DNA of 64,000 bases from Escherichia coli (lineage in GTDB: Bacteria > Pseudomonadota > Gammaproteobacteria > Enterobacterales > Enterobacteriaceae), in NCBI RefSeq assembly GCF_016026235.1, contig NZ_CP065613.1; one strand, given 5' to 3'. Position 1 is the stretch's first letter; each line of letters opens with the position of its first letter. Of the stretch, positions 50,901 to 63,228 are shown piece by piece. A program made the position numbers and the translations under genes. Under the pieces are notes generated by a model that was not told where the DNA came from, did no database searches, and saw nothing but the letters and a program-made list of their open reading frames with translations.

Positions 50901-52880
50901 TCAGTGAGATTTGACTGATTTTACCCCCAGCCAGTCAATAATCCCCTGTGCCGCATGACGTCCTTCTGCCATTGCGGTAACCACCAGATCCGCACCACGC
51001 ACGGCGTCGCCACCGGCGAAGATTTTCGGATTGGTGGTCTGGTAACGGTACTGGCTTTCCACATCCGCGATGATGCGGCCCCATTTGTCTACCGTTACAC
51101 CGTGCGACTCCAGCCACGGCATCCCGTGCGGATTGAAGCCAAACGCCATAATCACCGCGTCGGCTGGCATGACAAATTCACTGCCTTCCACCGGTACTGG
51201 ACGCCGACGCCCCTGGGCATCCGGCTCGCCAAGACGCGTACGCAGGAAACGAATCCCGCAAACGTGACCTTGTTCATTCAGCTCAAGCGCCACCGGCTGG
51301 ACGTTAAATTCGAAGTTGGCCCCCTCTTCGCGGGCGTTCTTCACCTCTTTCTTCGAGCCTGGCATGTTAGCTTCATCACGACGATAAGCGCAGGTGACGT
51401 TACTCGCGCCGTGGCGCAGCGCAGTACGCACACAGTCCATCGCGGTGTCGCCGCCGCCCAGTACCACGACGTTAAGTCCGGCGGTATTGATAAACGGCTC
51501 TTCCGGTAGCTCTTCGAGCCCCATCACCTGTTTAGTGTTGGCGATGAGGAACGGCAGCGCGTCATAAACGCCCGGCGCATCTTCATTGGGTAAACCCGCT
51601 TTCATGGAACGGTAAGTGCCTACGCCAACGAAGACCGCGTCGTATTGTTCCAAAAGCGAATCCAAAGAGACATCTTTACCCACTTCACAATTGAGTTCGA
51701 AGTGAATCCCCATCGCGCTGAAGATTTCCCGACGGCGTGCCAGCAGGGATTTATCCAGTTTGAAAGAAGGAATGCCGAAAGTGAGCAAGCCACCGATTTC
51801 TGGATGGCGATCGTACACCGTCACCGCCATGCCATTGCGGGTCAGAACATCCGCACAGGCCAGCCCTGCCGGACCTGCACCGATAATCGCCACCCGCTTG
51901 TCCACTTTGGTGACATGGCTTAAGTCAGGACGCCAACCTTTCGCCAACGCCTGATCTGAAATGTAGCGTTCAATGTTGCCGATAGTTACCGCACCGTGCT
52001 CATCGCGAATAGTACAGGCACCTTCACACAAACGGTCTTGCGGACAAACGCGTCCGGTAATTTCCGGCAGGGTGTTGGTCAGGTGAGAAAGCTCGACGGC
52101 GGCGTCGATGTTTCCGGCTTTCACCAGTTCAATCCACTGCGGTATATGGTTATGCAGCGGGCAGGTCCATTCACAAACGCTGTGCTCGCCGCATTTAAGG
52201 CAGCGCGAGGCTTCCCGTTGTGCCTGATCGGCACGGAATGGCAGATAAATTTCATCAAAACCGGTTTTGCGCGCTTCAATCGCCAGTTTATCCGGCTCGC
52301 CACGCGCGGGCGTTGCCTGCATTTGTTCGACTTTACTCATTACCGGCATTTCTTGTGCAGCGGTACTGGCATGCCACGGTTGATGTTCCTGACGTGCGGT
52401 ACGCAAGCGGCGGGATTTCGCCATGCCTGAGAGTGCGGCGTCAGTGACCAGCTGCAGCGCGTCCGCCGGGCAATTCTCGACACAGGCAGGACCGTTTTCG
52501 CGCCCTGCACAAAGGTCGCATTTATGCGCCGTGGCTTTAACTTTGCCCGCTGCGACGGGTGTCAGGACGATTTGCATCGTACCAAACGGACAGGCCACCA
52601 CGCAGGATTTACAGCCAATACACTTTTGCTGATTGACCTGAATGCTGTCATCAACGTGGCTGATTGCGCCATTAGGGCAGCTACGGGCGCAGGGCGCATC
52701 TTCACAATGGTGACAGGTCACTGCACTACGTTGCTGCTGATGTTTGATAACCGTAATTCGGGGATGAAAATGGTGTTGGCTCAGGACATGTTGCTCATCA
52801 TTGTGAGCCATGACACAAGCGATTTCACAAGCATGACAACCCAGACATTGCTGACTGTTGGCCATAATAAAACGATTCAT
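50901..52880 (-). CDS. aegA: Putative Fe-S/FAD oxidoreductase AegA (GltD-like)
   Basis: 659-aa ORF MNRFIMANSQQCLGCHACEIACVMAHNDEQ... with several 4Fe-4S Cys clusters and C-terminal FAD/NAD domain. Confidence 0.94.
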   Translation of the reverse strand: MNRFIMANSQQCLGCHACEIACVMAHNDEQHVLSQHHFHPRITVIKHQQQRSAVTCHHCEDAPCARSCPNGAISHVDDSIQVNQQKCIGCKSCVVACPFGTMQIVLTPVAAGKVKATAHKCDLCAGRENGPACVENCPADALQLVTDAALSGMAKSRRLRTARQEHQPWHASTAAQEMPVMSKVEQMQATPARGEPDKLAIEARKTGFDEIYLPFRADQAQREASRCLKCGEHSVCEWTCPLHNHIPQWIELVKAGNIDAAVELSHLTNTLPEITGRVCPQDRLCEGACTIRDEHGAVTIGNIERYISDQALAKGWRPDLSHVTKVDKRVAIIGAGPAGLACADVLTRNGMAVTVYDRHPEIGGLLTFGIPSFKLDKSLLARRREIFSAMGIHFELNCEVGKDVSLDSLLEQYDAVFVGVGTYRSMKAGLPNEDAPGVYDALPFLIANTKQVMGLEELPEEPFINTAGLNVVVLGGGDTAMDCVRTALRHGASNVTCAYRRDEANMPGSKKEVKNAREEGANFEFNVQPVALELNEQGHVCGIRFLRTRLGEPDAQGRRRPVPVEGSEFVMPADAVIMAFGFNPHGMPWLESHGVTVDKWGRIIADVESQYRYQTTNPKIFAGGDAVRGADLVVTAMAEGRHAAQGIIDWLGVKSVKSH

Positions 52881-53085
52881 AACGACCTTCTTTTTTGGTT
52901 GTAAAAACCTTATTCTTTATATGAGTGTTGTTATTACCCGACTTACAGGGGAATCGGCAATGTTCATGTGCCCAGAATAAGTAACTATTTCGCTATAAAC
53001 TGTGGCAGATCAAATAATCCCATCATTGACTAAATTGCGTTTCAGCGAACTGGAACATTAATGATTTTTTGTGGAGAAGACGCGT

Positions 53086-54786
53086 GTGATTGTTAAACGA
53101 CCCGTCTCGGCCAGTCTGGCCCGGGCCTTTTTTTACATTGTGCTGCTGTCGATTCTTTCCACGGGTATCGCTCTGCTAACTCTGGCGAGCAGTTTGCGCG
53201 ACGCTGAGGCTATCAATATTGCCGGATCGCTGCGTATGCAGAGTTACCGCCTGGGCTACGACTTGCAAAGTGGCAGTCCACAACTCAATGCACATCGCCA
53301 GCTGTTTCAGCAGGCACTGCATTCACCGGTATTAACCAATCTCAACGTCTGGTATGTGCCAGAAGCAGTAAAAACTCGCTATGCGCATCTGAATGCCAAC
53401 TGGCTGGAGATGAATAATCGTCTCAGCAAGGGCGACTTGCCGTGGTATCAGGCCAATATTAATAACTATGTTAATCAGATAGACCTGTTCGTGCTGGCTT
53501 TACAGCACTACGCTGAACGCAAAATGCTGCTGGTGGTGGCGATTTCCCTAGCTGGCGGCATCGGTATTTTCACGCTGGTCTTTTTTACTTTGCGCCGCAT
53601 ACGCCATCAGGTGGTTGCCCCGCTGAATCAGCTGGTTACCGCCAGTCAGCGTATTGAACACGGGCAGTTCGACTCGCCGCCGCTGGATACCAGCCTGCCG
53701 AATGAGCTTGGTCTGCTTGCAAAAACCTTTAACCAGATGTCGAGCGAGCTGCATAAATTGTACCGTTCGCTGGAGGCGTCAGTAGAAGAAAAGACTCGCG
53801 ATCTCCACGAGGCCAAGCGTCGTCTGGAGGTGTTGTATCAATGTTCGCAGGCGCTGAACACCAGCCAGATTGATGTGCATTGTTTCCGCCATATTTTGCA
53901 GATTGTTCGCGACAATGAAGCGGCTGAATATCTGGAGTTAAATGTCGGTGAAAACTGGCGGATTAGCGAAGGGCAACCAAACCCGGAATTGCCGATGCAG
54001 ATTTTACCGGTGACAATGCAAGAGACGGTTTACGGCGAACTGCACTGGCAAAATAGTCACGTTTCATCATCAGAACCGCTGCTTAACAGCGTTTCGTCGA
54101 TGCTGGGACGCGGTTTGTACTTTAATCAGGCGCAGAAGCATTTTCAGCAGTTATTGTTGATGGAAGAACGTGCAACCATCGCCCGCGAATTGCACGACTC
54201 GCTGGCTCAGGTACTTTCTTACTTACGTATCCAGTTGACGTTACTTAAGCGTTCGATACCGGAAGATAACGCCACCGCACAAAGTATCATGGCCGATTTT
54301 TCCCAGGCGTTGAATGATGCTTATCGGCAGTTACGCGAGCTGTTGACTACTTTCCGCCTGACGCTGCAGCAGGCGGATCTCCCCTCCGCGTTGAGGGAAA
54401 TGCTGGATACGTTACAAAATCAAACCAGCGCCAAACTGACCCTCGACTGCCGTCTGCCAACCCTGGCGCTGGATGCGCAAATGCAGGTGCATTTGTTGCA
54501 AATTATTCGCGAAGCGGTGCTGAATGCGATGAAGCACGCCAACGCCAGCGAAATCGCCGTCAGTTGCGTCACCGCGCCGGACGGCAATCACACGGTTTAT
54601 ATCCGTGATAACGGGATTGGTATCGGTGAACCGAAAGAACCCGAAGGTCATTATGGTCTGAATATCATGCGCGAACGCGCGGAACGGCTAGGTGGGACGC
54701 TGACTTTTTCACAACCTTCCGGCGGCGGCACGTTAGTGAGTATTAGCTTTCGCTCTGCGGAGGGTGAGGAAAGTCAGTTGATGTAA
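53086..54786 (+). CDS. narQ: Nitrate/nitrite sensor histidine kinase NarQ
   Basis: ORF track 53071..54786; start taken at GTG 53086 giving (M)IVKRPVSASLARAFFYIVLLSIL... (566 aa); GTG at 53071 is an alternative. Confidence 0.93.
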   Translation: MIVKRPVSASLARAFFYIVLLSILSTGIALLTLASSLRDAEAINIAGSLRMQSYRLGYDLQSGSPQLNAHRQLFQQALHSPVLTNLNVWYVPEAVKTRYAHLNANWLEMNNRLSKGDLPWYQANINNYVNQIDLFVLALQHYAERKMLLVVAISLAGGIGIFTLVFFTLRRIRHQVVAPLNQLVTASQRIEHGQFDSPPLDTSLPNELGLLAKTFNQMSSELHKLYRSLEASVEEKTRDLHEAKRRLEVLYQCSQALNTSQIDVHCFRHILQIVRDNEAAEYLELNVGENWRISEGQPNPELPMQILPVTMQETVYGELHWQNSHVSSSEPLLNSVSSMLGRGLYFNQAQKHFQQLLLMEERATIARELHDSLAQVLSYLRIQLTLLKRSIPEDNATAQSIMADFSQALNDAYRQLRELLTTFRLTLQQADLPSALREMLDTLQNQTSAKLTLDCRLPTLALDAQMQVHLLQIIREAVLNAMKHANASEIAVSCVTAPDGNHTVYIRDNGIGIGEPKEPEGHYGLNIMRERAERLGGTLTFSQPSGGGTLVSISFRSAEGEESQLM

Positions 54787-54949
54787 TGCCTCCTACTGAC
54801 CAAAGAATACTTGCACTTAAGGTTCAGTATAAAAGGGCATGATAATTTACATTAACTCCTTTTTTTCTCCACGATTGGCTCGTACCTTGCCGCTACAGTG
54901 AAGCAAGTCAAGCCTACAACGATACGCAGAAACACGAGGTCCTCTTTTA

Positions 54950-57900
54950 ATGGCGAATTTCTTTATTGATCGCCCCATTTTTGCCTGGGTGCTGGCAATC
55001 CTGTTGTGTCTGACAGGTACCCTGGCGATTTTTTCATTGCCCGTTGAACAATACCCCGATCTCGCGCCACCGAATGTGCGAGTGACCGCTAACTATCCCG
55101 GCGCATCGGCCCAGACGCTGGAAAACACCGTGACCCAGGTTATCGAGCAAAATATGACCGGCCTCGATAATCTCATGTATATGTCATCTCAGAGCAGTGG
55201 CACCGGTCAGGCATCTGTCACTTTAAGTTTTAAAGCAGGCACCGATCCGGACGAAGCCGTGCAGCAAGTACAAAACCAGCTGCAATCAGCCATGCGAAAG
55301 TTACCGCAGGCGGTGCAAAATCAGGGCGTGACGGTGCGTAAAACCGGCGATACCAATATTCTGACCATTGCTTTCGTCTCTACCGATGGTTCGATGGATA
55401 AACAGGATATTGCCGATTATGTTGCCAGTAATATTCAGGACCCGTTAAGCCGCGTGAATGGCGTCGGGGATATCGATGCCTATGGTTCGCAATATTCCAT
55501 GCGTATCTGGCTGGACCCGGCGAAACTCAACAGTTTCCAGATGACGGCTAAAGATGTCACTGATGCCATTGAGTCACAGAACGCGCAGATTGCGGTTGGG
55601 CAACTTGGGGGTACACCTTCCGTCGATAAGCAGGCGCTCAACGCCACCATTAACGCCCAGTCACTGCTGCAAACACCAGAACAGTTCCGCGATATCACCT
55701 TGCGGGTGAATCAGGATGGCTCAGAGGTAAGGCTGGGCGATGTCGCCACCGTCGAAATGGGGGCGGAGAAATACGATTATCTTAGCCGCTTCAATGGTAA
55801 GCCAGCCTCCGGGTTGGGGGTAAAACTGGCCTCCGGCGCAAACGAAATGGCGACAGCGGAGCTGGTGCTCAATCGTCTCGACGAGCTGGCGCAGTACTTC
55901 CCGCACGGACTGGAATACAAGGTGGCGTATGAAACCACCTCGTTTGTTAAAGCCTCCATTGAAGACGTGGTGAAAACGCTGCTGGAAGTTATCGCCCTGG
56001 TTTTCCTCGTTATGTATCTGTTCCTGCAAAACTTCCGCGCCACGCTGATACCCACTATCGCCGTGCCGGTGGTGTTGATGGGAACCTTCTCCGTACTTTA
56101 CGCCTTCGGTTACAGCGTCAACACCTTAACCATGTTTGCGATGGTACTGGCGATCGGTCTGCTGGTGGATGACGCCATCGTGGTGGTGGAAAACGTCGAA
56201 CGTATTATGAGTGAGGAAGGACTCACTCCTCGCGAAGCCACACGTAAATCGATGGGGCAGATCCAGGGGGCACTGGTCGGGATTGCGATGGTGCTTTCGG
56301 CGGTATTTGTACCAATGGCCTTCTTCGGCGGCACCACCGGTGCCATCTATCGCCAGTTCTCTATTACCATTGTTGCGGCGATGGTGCTGTCAGTACTGGT
56401 AGCGATGATCCTCACTCCGGCTCTGTGTGCCACGCTACTTAAGCCACTGAAAAAAGGTGAGCATCACGGGCAAAAAGGCTTTTTTGCCTGGTTTAACCAG
56501 ATGTTTAACCGCAACGCCGAACGCTACGAAAAAGGGGTGGCGAAAATTCTCCACCGTAGCCTGCGCTGGATTGTGATTTATGTCCTGCTGCTTGGCGGCA
56601 TGGTGTTCCTGTTCCTGCGTTTGCCGACGTCGTTCTTACCGCTGGAAGACCGTGGCATGTTTACTACCTCGGTACAATTGCCCAGCGGTTCAACCCAACA
56701 ACAGACCCTGAAAGTCGTTGAGCAAATCGAGAAATATTACTTCACCCATGAAAAAGACAACATCATGTCGGTGTTTGCCACTGTTGGTTCTGGCCCCGGG
56801 GGTAACGGGCAAAACGTGGCGCGAATGTTTATCCGCCTGAAAGACTGGAGCGAACGCGACAGTAAGACCGGCACCTCATTTGCCATTATCGAGCGTGCAA
56901 CGAAGGCGTTTAACAAGATTAAAGAAGCTCGCGTTATCGCCAGCAGCCCGCCAGCAATTAGCGGTCTTGGTAGTTCTGCGGGTTTTGATATGGAGTTGCA
57001 GGACCACGCTGGAGCAGGTCACGATGCGCTGATGGCAGCACGTAACCAGTTGCTGGCGCTGGCGGCGGAAAACCCGGAGCTAACCCGTGTGCGCCATAAC
57101 GGCCTCGACGACAGTCCGCAGTTGCAGATTGATATCGACCAGCGTAAAGCTCAGGCGCTGGGCGTTGCTATCGACGATATTAACGACACACTGCAAACCG
57201 CCTGGGGTTCGAGCTATGTGAATGACTTTATGGATCGCGGTCGCGTGAAGAAAGTCTATGTGCAGGCAGCTGCGCCGTATCGCATGCTGCCAGATGACAT
57301 CAATCTCTGGTATGTCCGAAATAAAGATGGCGGCATGGTGCCCTTCTCTGCTTTCGCGACCTCACGCTGGGAAACAGGCTCGCCGCGTCTGGAACGCTAT
57401 AACGGTTATTCTGCGGTTGAGATTGTTGGGGAAGCCGCACCGGGGGTCAGTACCGGTACGGCGATGGATATTATGGAATCGTTAGTGAAGCAGTTGCCAA
57501 ACGGCTTTGGTCTGGAGTGGACGGCGATGTCGTATCAGGAGCGACTTTCCGGCGCGCAGGCTCCGGCGCTGTACGCCATTTCCTTGCTGGTGGTATTCCT
57601 GTGTCTGGCGGCGTTGTATGAAAGCTGGTCGGTGCCGTTCTCGGTAATGCTGGTCGTGCCGCTGGGGGTTATCGGCGCGCTGCTGGCAACCTGGATGCGC
57701 GGGCTGGAAAACGACGTTTACTTCCAGGTGGGCCTGTTAACGGTCATTGGTTTATCGGCGAAAAACGCCATCCTGATCGTCGAGTTTGCTAACGAGATGA
57801 ACCAAAAAGGCCACGACCTGTTTGAAGCGACGCTCCACGCCTGCCGTCAGCGTTTACGCCCGATTCTGATGACCTCGCTGGCATTTATCTTCGGCGTATT

Positions 57901-58063
57901 GCCAATGGCAACCAGCACGGGTGCCGGTTCCGGTGGTCAGCATGCGGTGGGTACTGGCGTAATGGGCGGGATGATTTCGGCCACTATTCTGGCTATTTAC
58001 TTCGTGCCGCTGTTCTTTGTACTGGTGCGCCGCCGCTTCCCGCTGAAGCCGCGCCCGGAATAA
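54950..58063 (+). CDS. acrD: RND aminoglycoside efflux pump AcrD
   Basis: 1037-aa [58 protein letters not shown]... Confidence 0.96.
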   Translation: MANFFIDRPIFAWVLAILLCLTGTLAIFSLPVEQYPDLAPPNVRVTANYPGASAQTLENTVTQVIEQNMTGLDNLMYMSSQSSGTGQASVTLSFKAGTDPDEAVQQVQNQLQSAMRKLPQAVQNQGVTVRKTGDTNILTIAFVSTDGSMDKQDIADYVASNIQDPLSRVNGVGDIDAYGSQYSMRIWLDPAKLNSFQMTAKDVTDAIESQNAQIAVGQLGGTPSVDKQALNATINAQSLLQTPEQFRDITLRVNQDGSEVRLGDVATVEMGAEKYDYLSRFNGKPASGLGVKLASGANEMATAELVLNRLDELAQYFPHGLEYKVAYETTSFVKASIEDVVKTLLEVIALVFLVMYLFLQNFRATLIPTIAVPVVLMGTFSVLYAFGYSVNTLTMFAMVLAIGLLVDDAIVVVENVERIMSEEGLTPREATRKSMGQIQGALVGIAMVLSAVFVPMAFFGGTTGAIYRQFSITIVAAMVLSVLVAMILTPALCATLLKPLKKGEHHGQKGFFAWFNQMFNRNAERYEKGVAKILHRSLRWIVIYVLLLGGMVFLFLRLPTSFLPLEDRGMFTTSVQLPSGSTQQQTLKVVEQIEKYYFTHEKDNIMSVFATVGSGPGGNGQNVARMFIRLKDWSERDSKTGTSFAIIERATKAFNKIKEARVIASSPPAISGLGSSAGFDMELQDHAGAGHDALMAARNQLLALAAENPELTRVRHNGLDDSPQLQIDIDQRKAQALGVAIDDINDTLQTAWGSSYVNDFMDRGRVKKVYVQAAAPYRMLPDDINLWYVRNKDGGMVPFSAFATSRWETGSPRLERYNGYSAVEIVGEAAPGVSTGTAMDIMESLVKQLPNGFGLEWTAMSYQERLSGAQAPALYAISLLVVFLCLAALYESWSVPFSVMLVVPLGVIGALLATWMRGLENDVYFQVGLLTVIGLSAKNAILIVEFANEMNQKGHDLFEATLHACRQRLRPILMTSLAFIFGVLPMATSTGAGSGGQHAVGTGVMGGMISATILAIYFVPLFFVLVRRRFPLKPRPE

Positions 58064-58070
58064 GCAATAA

Positions 58071-58101
58071 AAAAGGCGACATGCTAATGTGTCGCCTTTT
58101 T
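58071..58101 (+). terminator. Rho-independent terminator of acrD
   Basis: Perfect 11-bp stem aaaaggcgaca / tgtcgcctttt with 8-nt loop, followed by T-run, 8 nt past the acrD stop. Confidence 0.75.
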
Positions 58102-58161
58102 CAACTTTCCGATTAAGAACCTGCTCAGCGGGTTCTTGCTGTTTGTACTTTGTCTCAGGAA

Positions 58162-58221
58162 TTACTTACGAAGCATAACTTCGATAAAGTCTTTCCAGTT
58201 CCCCAGTTCACGTTCAATCAT
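58162..58221 (-). CDS. ypfM: Small protein YpfM (19 aa)
   Basis: Minus-strand ATG at 58219-58221 to TAA at 58162-58164 encoding MIERELGNWKDFIEVMLRK, matching the K-12 small protein as recalled. Confidence 0.7.
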   Translation of the reverse strand: MIERELGNWKDFIEVMLRK

Positions 58222-58583
58222 AACAACCTCTCTTATAATTATGGGTATTCTACGGAAACAATATACCGTGGTGAAGCTAATTTACTCGATTGCTGCGATG
58301 ACTACCTCCGGGGGACAAACCTTATGTAAATACTATGGTCCTGCGGTGATAATTTGTATGTGATACACAGCAACATTTCGAGATATTCATACGGCATCTA
58401 ATACTGATTTAATTCTGGTTAAAATACAGACAGATAACAAGATGAATATTCTTAATGTTTACGTTAAAAATGTTTAATATTATTTAATAGTTGTTAATTT
58501 GAATACTTCGATAATGTTATATTTCCTGATAATCATTTGCAGGCAAAATGTTTTCACCCTTAAATGAGTATTTATTCTCATAG

Positions 58584-58958
<375 letters not shown>

Positions 58959-58961
58959 TCT

Positions 58962-60089
58962 ATGTCGTGCCCGGTTATTGAGCTGACACAACAGCTTATT
59001 CGCCGCCCTTCCCTGAGTCCTGATGACGCAGGATGCCAGGCTTTGTTGATTGAACGTTTGCAGGCGATCGGTTTTACCGTTGAACGCATGGATTTTGCCG
59101 ATACGCAGAATTTTTGGGCATGGCGTGGGCAAGGTGAAACGTTGGCCTTTGCCGGGCATACCGACGTGGTGCCGCCTGGCGACGCCGACCGTTGGATCAA
59201 TCCGCCGTTTGAACCGACCATTCGTGATGGCATGTTATTCGGGCGCGGTGCGGCAGATATGAAAGGCTCGCTGGCGGCGATGGTGGTAGCGGCAGAACGC
59301 TTTGTCGCACAACATCCCAACCATACGGGGCGACTGGCATTTCTGATCACCTCTGATGAAGAAGCCAGTGCACACAACGGTACGGTAAAAGTCGTCGAAG
59401 CGTTAATGGCACGTAATGAGCGTCTCGATTACTGCCTGGTCGGCGAACCGTCGAGTATCGAAGTGGTAGGTGATGTGGTGAAAAATGGTCGTCGCGGATC
59501 GTTAACCTGCAACCTCACCATTCATGGCGTTCAGGGGCATGTTGCCTACCCGCATCTGGCTGACAATCCGGTACATCGCGCAGCACCTTTCCTTAATGAA
59601 TTAGTGGCTATTGAGTGGGATCAGGGCAATGAATTTTTCCCGGCGACCAGTATGCAGATTGCTAATATTCAGGCGGGAACGGGCAGTAACAATGTTATTC
59701 CGGGTGAACTGTTTGTGCAGTTTAACTTCCGCTTCAGCACCGAACTGACTGATGAGATGATCAAAGCGCAGGTGCTTGCCCTGCTTGAAAAACATCAACT
59801 GCGCTATACGGTGGATTGGTGGCTTTCCGGGCAGCCATTTTTGACCGCGCGCGGTAAACTGGTGGATGCGGTCGTTAACGCGGTTGAGCACTATAATGAA
59901 ATTAAACCGCAGCTACTGGCCACAGGCGGAACGTCCGACGGGCGCTTTATTGCTCGCATGGGGGCGCAGGTGGTGGAACTCGGGCCGGTCAATGCCACTA
60001 TTCATAAAATTAATGAATGTGTGAACGCTGCCGACCTGCAGCTACTTGCCCGTATGTATCAACGTATCATGGAACAGCTCGTCGCGTGA
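58962..60089 (+). CDS. dapE: Succinyl-diaminopimelate desuccinylase
   Basis: 375-aa [59 protein letters not shown]... Confidence 0.96.
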   Translation: MSCPVIELTQQLIRRPSLSPDDAGCQALLIERLQAIGFTVERMDFADTQNFWAWRGQGETLAFAGHTDVVPPGDADRWINPPFEPTIRDGMLFGRGAADMKGSLAAMVVAAERFVAQHPNHTGRLAFLITSDEEASAHNGTVKVVEALMARNERLDYCLVGEPSSIEVVGDVVKNGRRGSLTCNLTIHGVQGHVAYPHLADNPVHRAAPFLNELVAIEWDQGNEFFPATSMQIANIQAGTGSNNVIPGELFVQFNFRFSTELTDEMIKAQVLALLEKHQLRYTVDWWLSGQPFLTARGKLVDAVVNAVEHYNEIKPQLLATGGTSDGRFIARMGAQVVELGPVNATIHKINECVNAADLQLLARMYQRIMEQLVA

Positions 60090-60116
60090 TGAGTGGTTCT
60101 GCAAGAGGAAATAAGC

Positions 60117-60317
60117 ATGGACTGGCTGGCTAAATATTGGTGGATTCTGGTGATTGTCTTTTTGGTAGGCGTCCTGCTGAACGTGATTAAAGATCTCAAG
60201 CGCGTCGACCATAAGAAATTTCTCGCCAACAAGCCGGAGCTTCCCCCGCATCGTGATTTCAACGATAAGTGGGACGATGACGACGACTGGCCGAAAAAGG
60301 ATCAACCGAAGAAGTAA
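60117..60317 (+). CDS. ypfN: Small membrane protein YpfN
   Basis: ORF 60093..60317; start taken at [27 protein letters not shown] (66 aa). Confidence 0.85.
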
Positions 60318-60332
60318 GCTGAGTGCTCAACC

Positions 60333-60412
60333 GTAGGCCGGATAAGGCGTTAACGCCGCATCCGGCAATGGTGAACGATGCCTGATGCGACGCTCACGCG
60401 TCTTATCAGGCC
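60333..60412. repeat. BIME: two REP palindromic units between ypfN and ypfH
   Basis: gtaggccggataaggcgttaacgccgcatccggca and gatgcctgatgcgacgctcacgcgtcttatcaggcc. Confidence 0.75.
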
Positions 60413-60426
60413 AGGTAATCTGTCTT

Positions 60427-61125
60427 TTACATCATTTCAATCACATCATCATCGCCAGGCTTACCGCCACTTAGCGCTTCGTCGAAATAATGTTTCGGAA
60501 TGGTATAACGCAAGTGATCCAGGGCAAATTGCATACTGCGATTGTCGATCGCATGGCCTAAATCCTCCACGATATCCAGCGTCACGTCACCACCGGCACT
60601 GATTAATGCTTCCTGCGCCGCAACCGCATGCGCCAGATCGATAACCGGATCTTCACCACCATGAATCAAGTGAATTGTCGTGGCTGTAGACGCGGTTTCC
60701 GGCAGGCTCGCATAGCGTCCGTTAAAGGCAATGACGCGCGAAGCAAGGCCCGGTTCGGCTTTAATGCTCTCCAGCGCCATAATCGCGCCTTGTGAGAAAC
60801 CAATTAGCGCCGTGGCGTTAGCCCCTACTCCGCTCTGTTTCTGCCAGTAGCGTACCGTCTCAATAAACGTCGGCATGATCGCATCCACACGCGCCTGGCG
60901 ATTATCTTCCGTAATACCCTGCACCGAAAACCACTGACGCCCCGCCGGATTACCGCTCGGCTCCGCGCCTCCGACACTCACCACCAGCGCATCAGGAAAT
61001 AGCGGCGCAAACCAGCTGCCTATTTCCCCCATTGCCACCGGGTTATCCCCGACACCGTGGAAAAGCAGTAACAACTGTTGCGCAGGTTTATCCGGGCTTT
61101 GAACAACAAAATGGTCATGTTTCAT
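60427..61125 (-). CDS. ypfH: Esterase YpfH (alpha/beta hydrolase)
   Basis: ORF 60427..61149; start taken at MKHDHFVVQSPDKPAQQLLLLFHGVGDNP (232 aa); GFSQG nucleophile elbow. Confidence 0.92.
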   Translation of the reverse strand: MKHDHFVVQSPDKPAQQLLLLFHGVGDNPVAMGEIGSWFAPLFPDALVVSVGGAEPSGNPAGRQWFSVQGITEDNRQARVDAIMPTFIETVRYWQKQSGVGANATALIGFSQGAIMALESIKAEPGLASRVIAFNGRYASLPETASTATTIHLIHGGEDPVIDLAHAVAAQEALISAGGDVTLDIVEDLGHAIDNRSMQFALDHLRYTIPKHYFDEALSGGKPGDDDVIEMM

Positions 61126-61198
61126 GGCGAACTCCTTAACTGATGTCATTAATTTTACGCCGCTGACTCACAATGACCATGGGAGAAAATTGAAGGAG

Positions 61199-63214
61199 TC
61201 AGTGAAAAAATTGCCATTGCGTTATGCGATCGCGCAGACGCTCAGTGCGAACATCATTAAGTGCGAACAGCGCCTGCGCGGCCTCTTCCCGCTGACGGAC
61301 CAGTAACATCTTGCGGCCTGAAAGTTTAAGTGTGGTACATAACTGCGCGTCGCTGACGTTTTTCTGTAAACGCCCACGCAGCGCCGGTAATGCCAGTTCA
61401 CTGGTTTGTAGCAGACGCAATAAGCAACCTAACGATGTTAATAGCGGACGATGAGCGAAAGCAAAACCGGCCAGTTCAAGCCAGTCGTCGTCAGAAAGGA
61501 CGGCATCGTTTAGTGGATCAACAGGAAGCGTTTCGCCATTCCACTTTGCGAGAGCTTGCGCATCGCGACGTAAACGGTAATGCTCACGTTCAGCCAGCTG
61601 TTTACCCGCATCACTCGTCGGTAACAGCGCCATCGCCGTATAGCAACCGCTGCTGGCTTCACGATGATTACCCATTCGCACCAGCACAAAACCGCAGCGT
61701 TGCCAGAAACGCCATAACTCCCCGGTGTAACCAAAACTCACCGAAAGATAGTCGAGGTCATGCGTATATTGCAAAGCACCAGCAATAAGTTGCTGCCCTG
61801 TGCCTTCGCGCTGACGCGCCGGATGAACTGCTATCCGGCTGACCCGCCGTCCGCGCAATGTCGCCGCCAGTGGATTGCTGCCGTGCGCCGCCAGCGACTG
61901 GGCCACCAGATTACCCCGCGGGCGACGAAAACCCGCCCATACCGCCTGACTGAGTTCTTGAGATAATCCACCCTCATCCACCAGCCACAGCGCTCCGGCA
62001 ATCTCGTTTTCGCCAGCCGCCTGTAAAAAATGTTGCCCTGGTGCATCCATCATGCGGCGTAAATCCAGTGGCGAAGTCCGGTAGTGCGCACCAGACAATA
62101 ACTGATAAACCTTTAACGGCGTTTCTGGCTCGATTCGCCATAACGTCTGTTCAAATGCGGAAATGACGATATTGCCTTGTGGTGTATGGGTGAAGTTTTC
62201 ATCGCCAAAAACCAGTGCCTCGCTGACCATTTTCTCCAGCGGGCATCCCTGCGCCCAGCGGATCGGTTGTTGCAGTTCAAAACGGTGTAAATGCGGAAAG
62301 CGAGCGCAAAATTTCAGCAAAAAACCACGTCCGGTGCCTTCGTAGCCCTGCACCGTAGTGGTTAACAACGTTCGAGGAAAACGCGATACCAGTTGATGCA
62401 ACAACGGCGCAGGTATGGCTGCGGCTTCGTCGACCACCAGCCAGTCGGCTTGCTCATCGCTGGCTAACAAGGCATCCGGCGCAATAAAGCGAAACTTCTC
62501 GCCCGCAAATTGTGCCAGTACATCCGTTGCCGCTTTTGCGGGCGCGGTGACAATCGCACTGCCCGCAATACGAGAAATGAGTTGCCCTGCCAACGCCGAC
62601 TTACCGCGCCCACGCGCAGCAGTTACCGCTGCCACGCCCGACGGCATGGTCAGTAGCTGCTGTAAGAGTTGCTGTTGTTCTGGTTGTGGTGCGCCGGTCG
62701 CGGGGTGCCAGTCAGTACGGGGAGTAAAATGCGCCAACGAGAACGGCTGGTTTTGCCGCCAGAGGATAGCGTCGTTATCCGCCGTAAGTACGCGTTTGAA
62801 ATGCTGGACAAAATGCGGCGTCGCAATAGGGTCAGGGCAATCACTCCAGCGCAGCGAGTCGGCATCAGGTTGGTTTTCCCACTCTTCCCATACAGGGAGT
62901 AACAAAACCAGCCAGCTTCCCGCTTTCAACGTTCCGCTAAGTGCGGCAAAGGCAGCGGCATCAAAGCCGTGGCGGGCGTCGAAAACCGCATGCCGGAACT
63001 CGCGCCCAAGTAAAGTTTGTAGTGCCGAGGGAGAACAGTGGTTTTCAGCATCTGGCTGCGGCGAAATCCACAGCCAGTCGCCAGGTAAGGCATCACGTAA
63101 CTTAAGCGCATGATCAAAACACCAACCCTCTTCCCCGCTCAACACCAGCAAGCGGCGGATCCCTTCACGTTTCATTTGCGCTGTTAATGTGTGAAGCGCA
63201 GTCAGTTCAGCCAT
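61199..63214 (-). CDS. tmcA: tRNA(Met) cytidine acetyltransferase TmcA
   Basis: 671-aa ORF MAELTALHTLTAQMKREGIRRLLVLSGEEGWCF...; Walker A ARGRGKSA and C-terminal GNAT domain. Confidence 0.95.
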   Translation of the reverse strand: MAELTALHTLTAQMKREGIRRLLVLSGEEGWCFDHALKLRDALPGDWLWISPQPDAENHCSPSALQTLLGREFRHAVFDARHGFDAAAFAALSGTLKAGSWLVLLLPVWEEWENQPDADSLRWSDCPDPIATPHFVQHFKRVLTADNDAILWRQNQPFSLAHFTPRTDWHPATGAPQPEQQQLLQQLLTMPSGVAAVTAARGRGKSALAGQLISRIAGSAIVTAPAKAATDVLAQFAGEKFRFIAPDALLASDEQADWLVVDEAAAIPAPLLHQLVSRFPRTLLTTTVQGYEGTGRGFLLKFCARFPHLHRFELQQPIRWAQGCPLEKMVSEALVFGDENFTHTPQGNIVISAFEQTLWRIEPETPLKVYQLLSGAHYRTSPLDLRRMMDAPGQHFLQAAGENEIAGALWLVDEGGLSQELSQAVWAGFRRPRGNLVAQSLAAHGSNPLAATLRGRRVSRIAVHPARQREGTGQQLIAGALQYTHDLDYLSVSFGYTGELWRFWQRCGFVLVRMGNHREASSGCYTAMALLPTSDAGKQLAEREHYRLRRDAQALAKWNGETLPVDPLNDAVLSDDDWLELAGFAFAHRPLLTSLGCLLRLLQTSELALPALRGRLQKNVSDAQLCTTLKLSGRKMLLVRQREEAAQALFALNDVRTERLRDRITQWQFFH

Positions 63215-63228
63215 CCCTGCCCCGGAAG

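Noticed and set aside
58136-58363. 75-aa plus-strand ORF overlapping ypfM
   Set aside because: Antisense to the ypfM small-protein gene in an AT-rich intergenic region; no ribosome-binding site; likely spurious.
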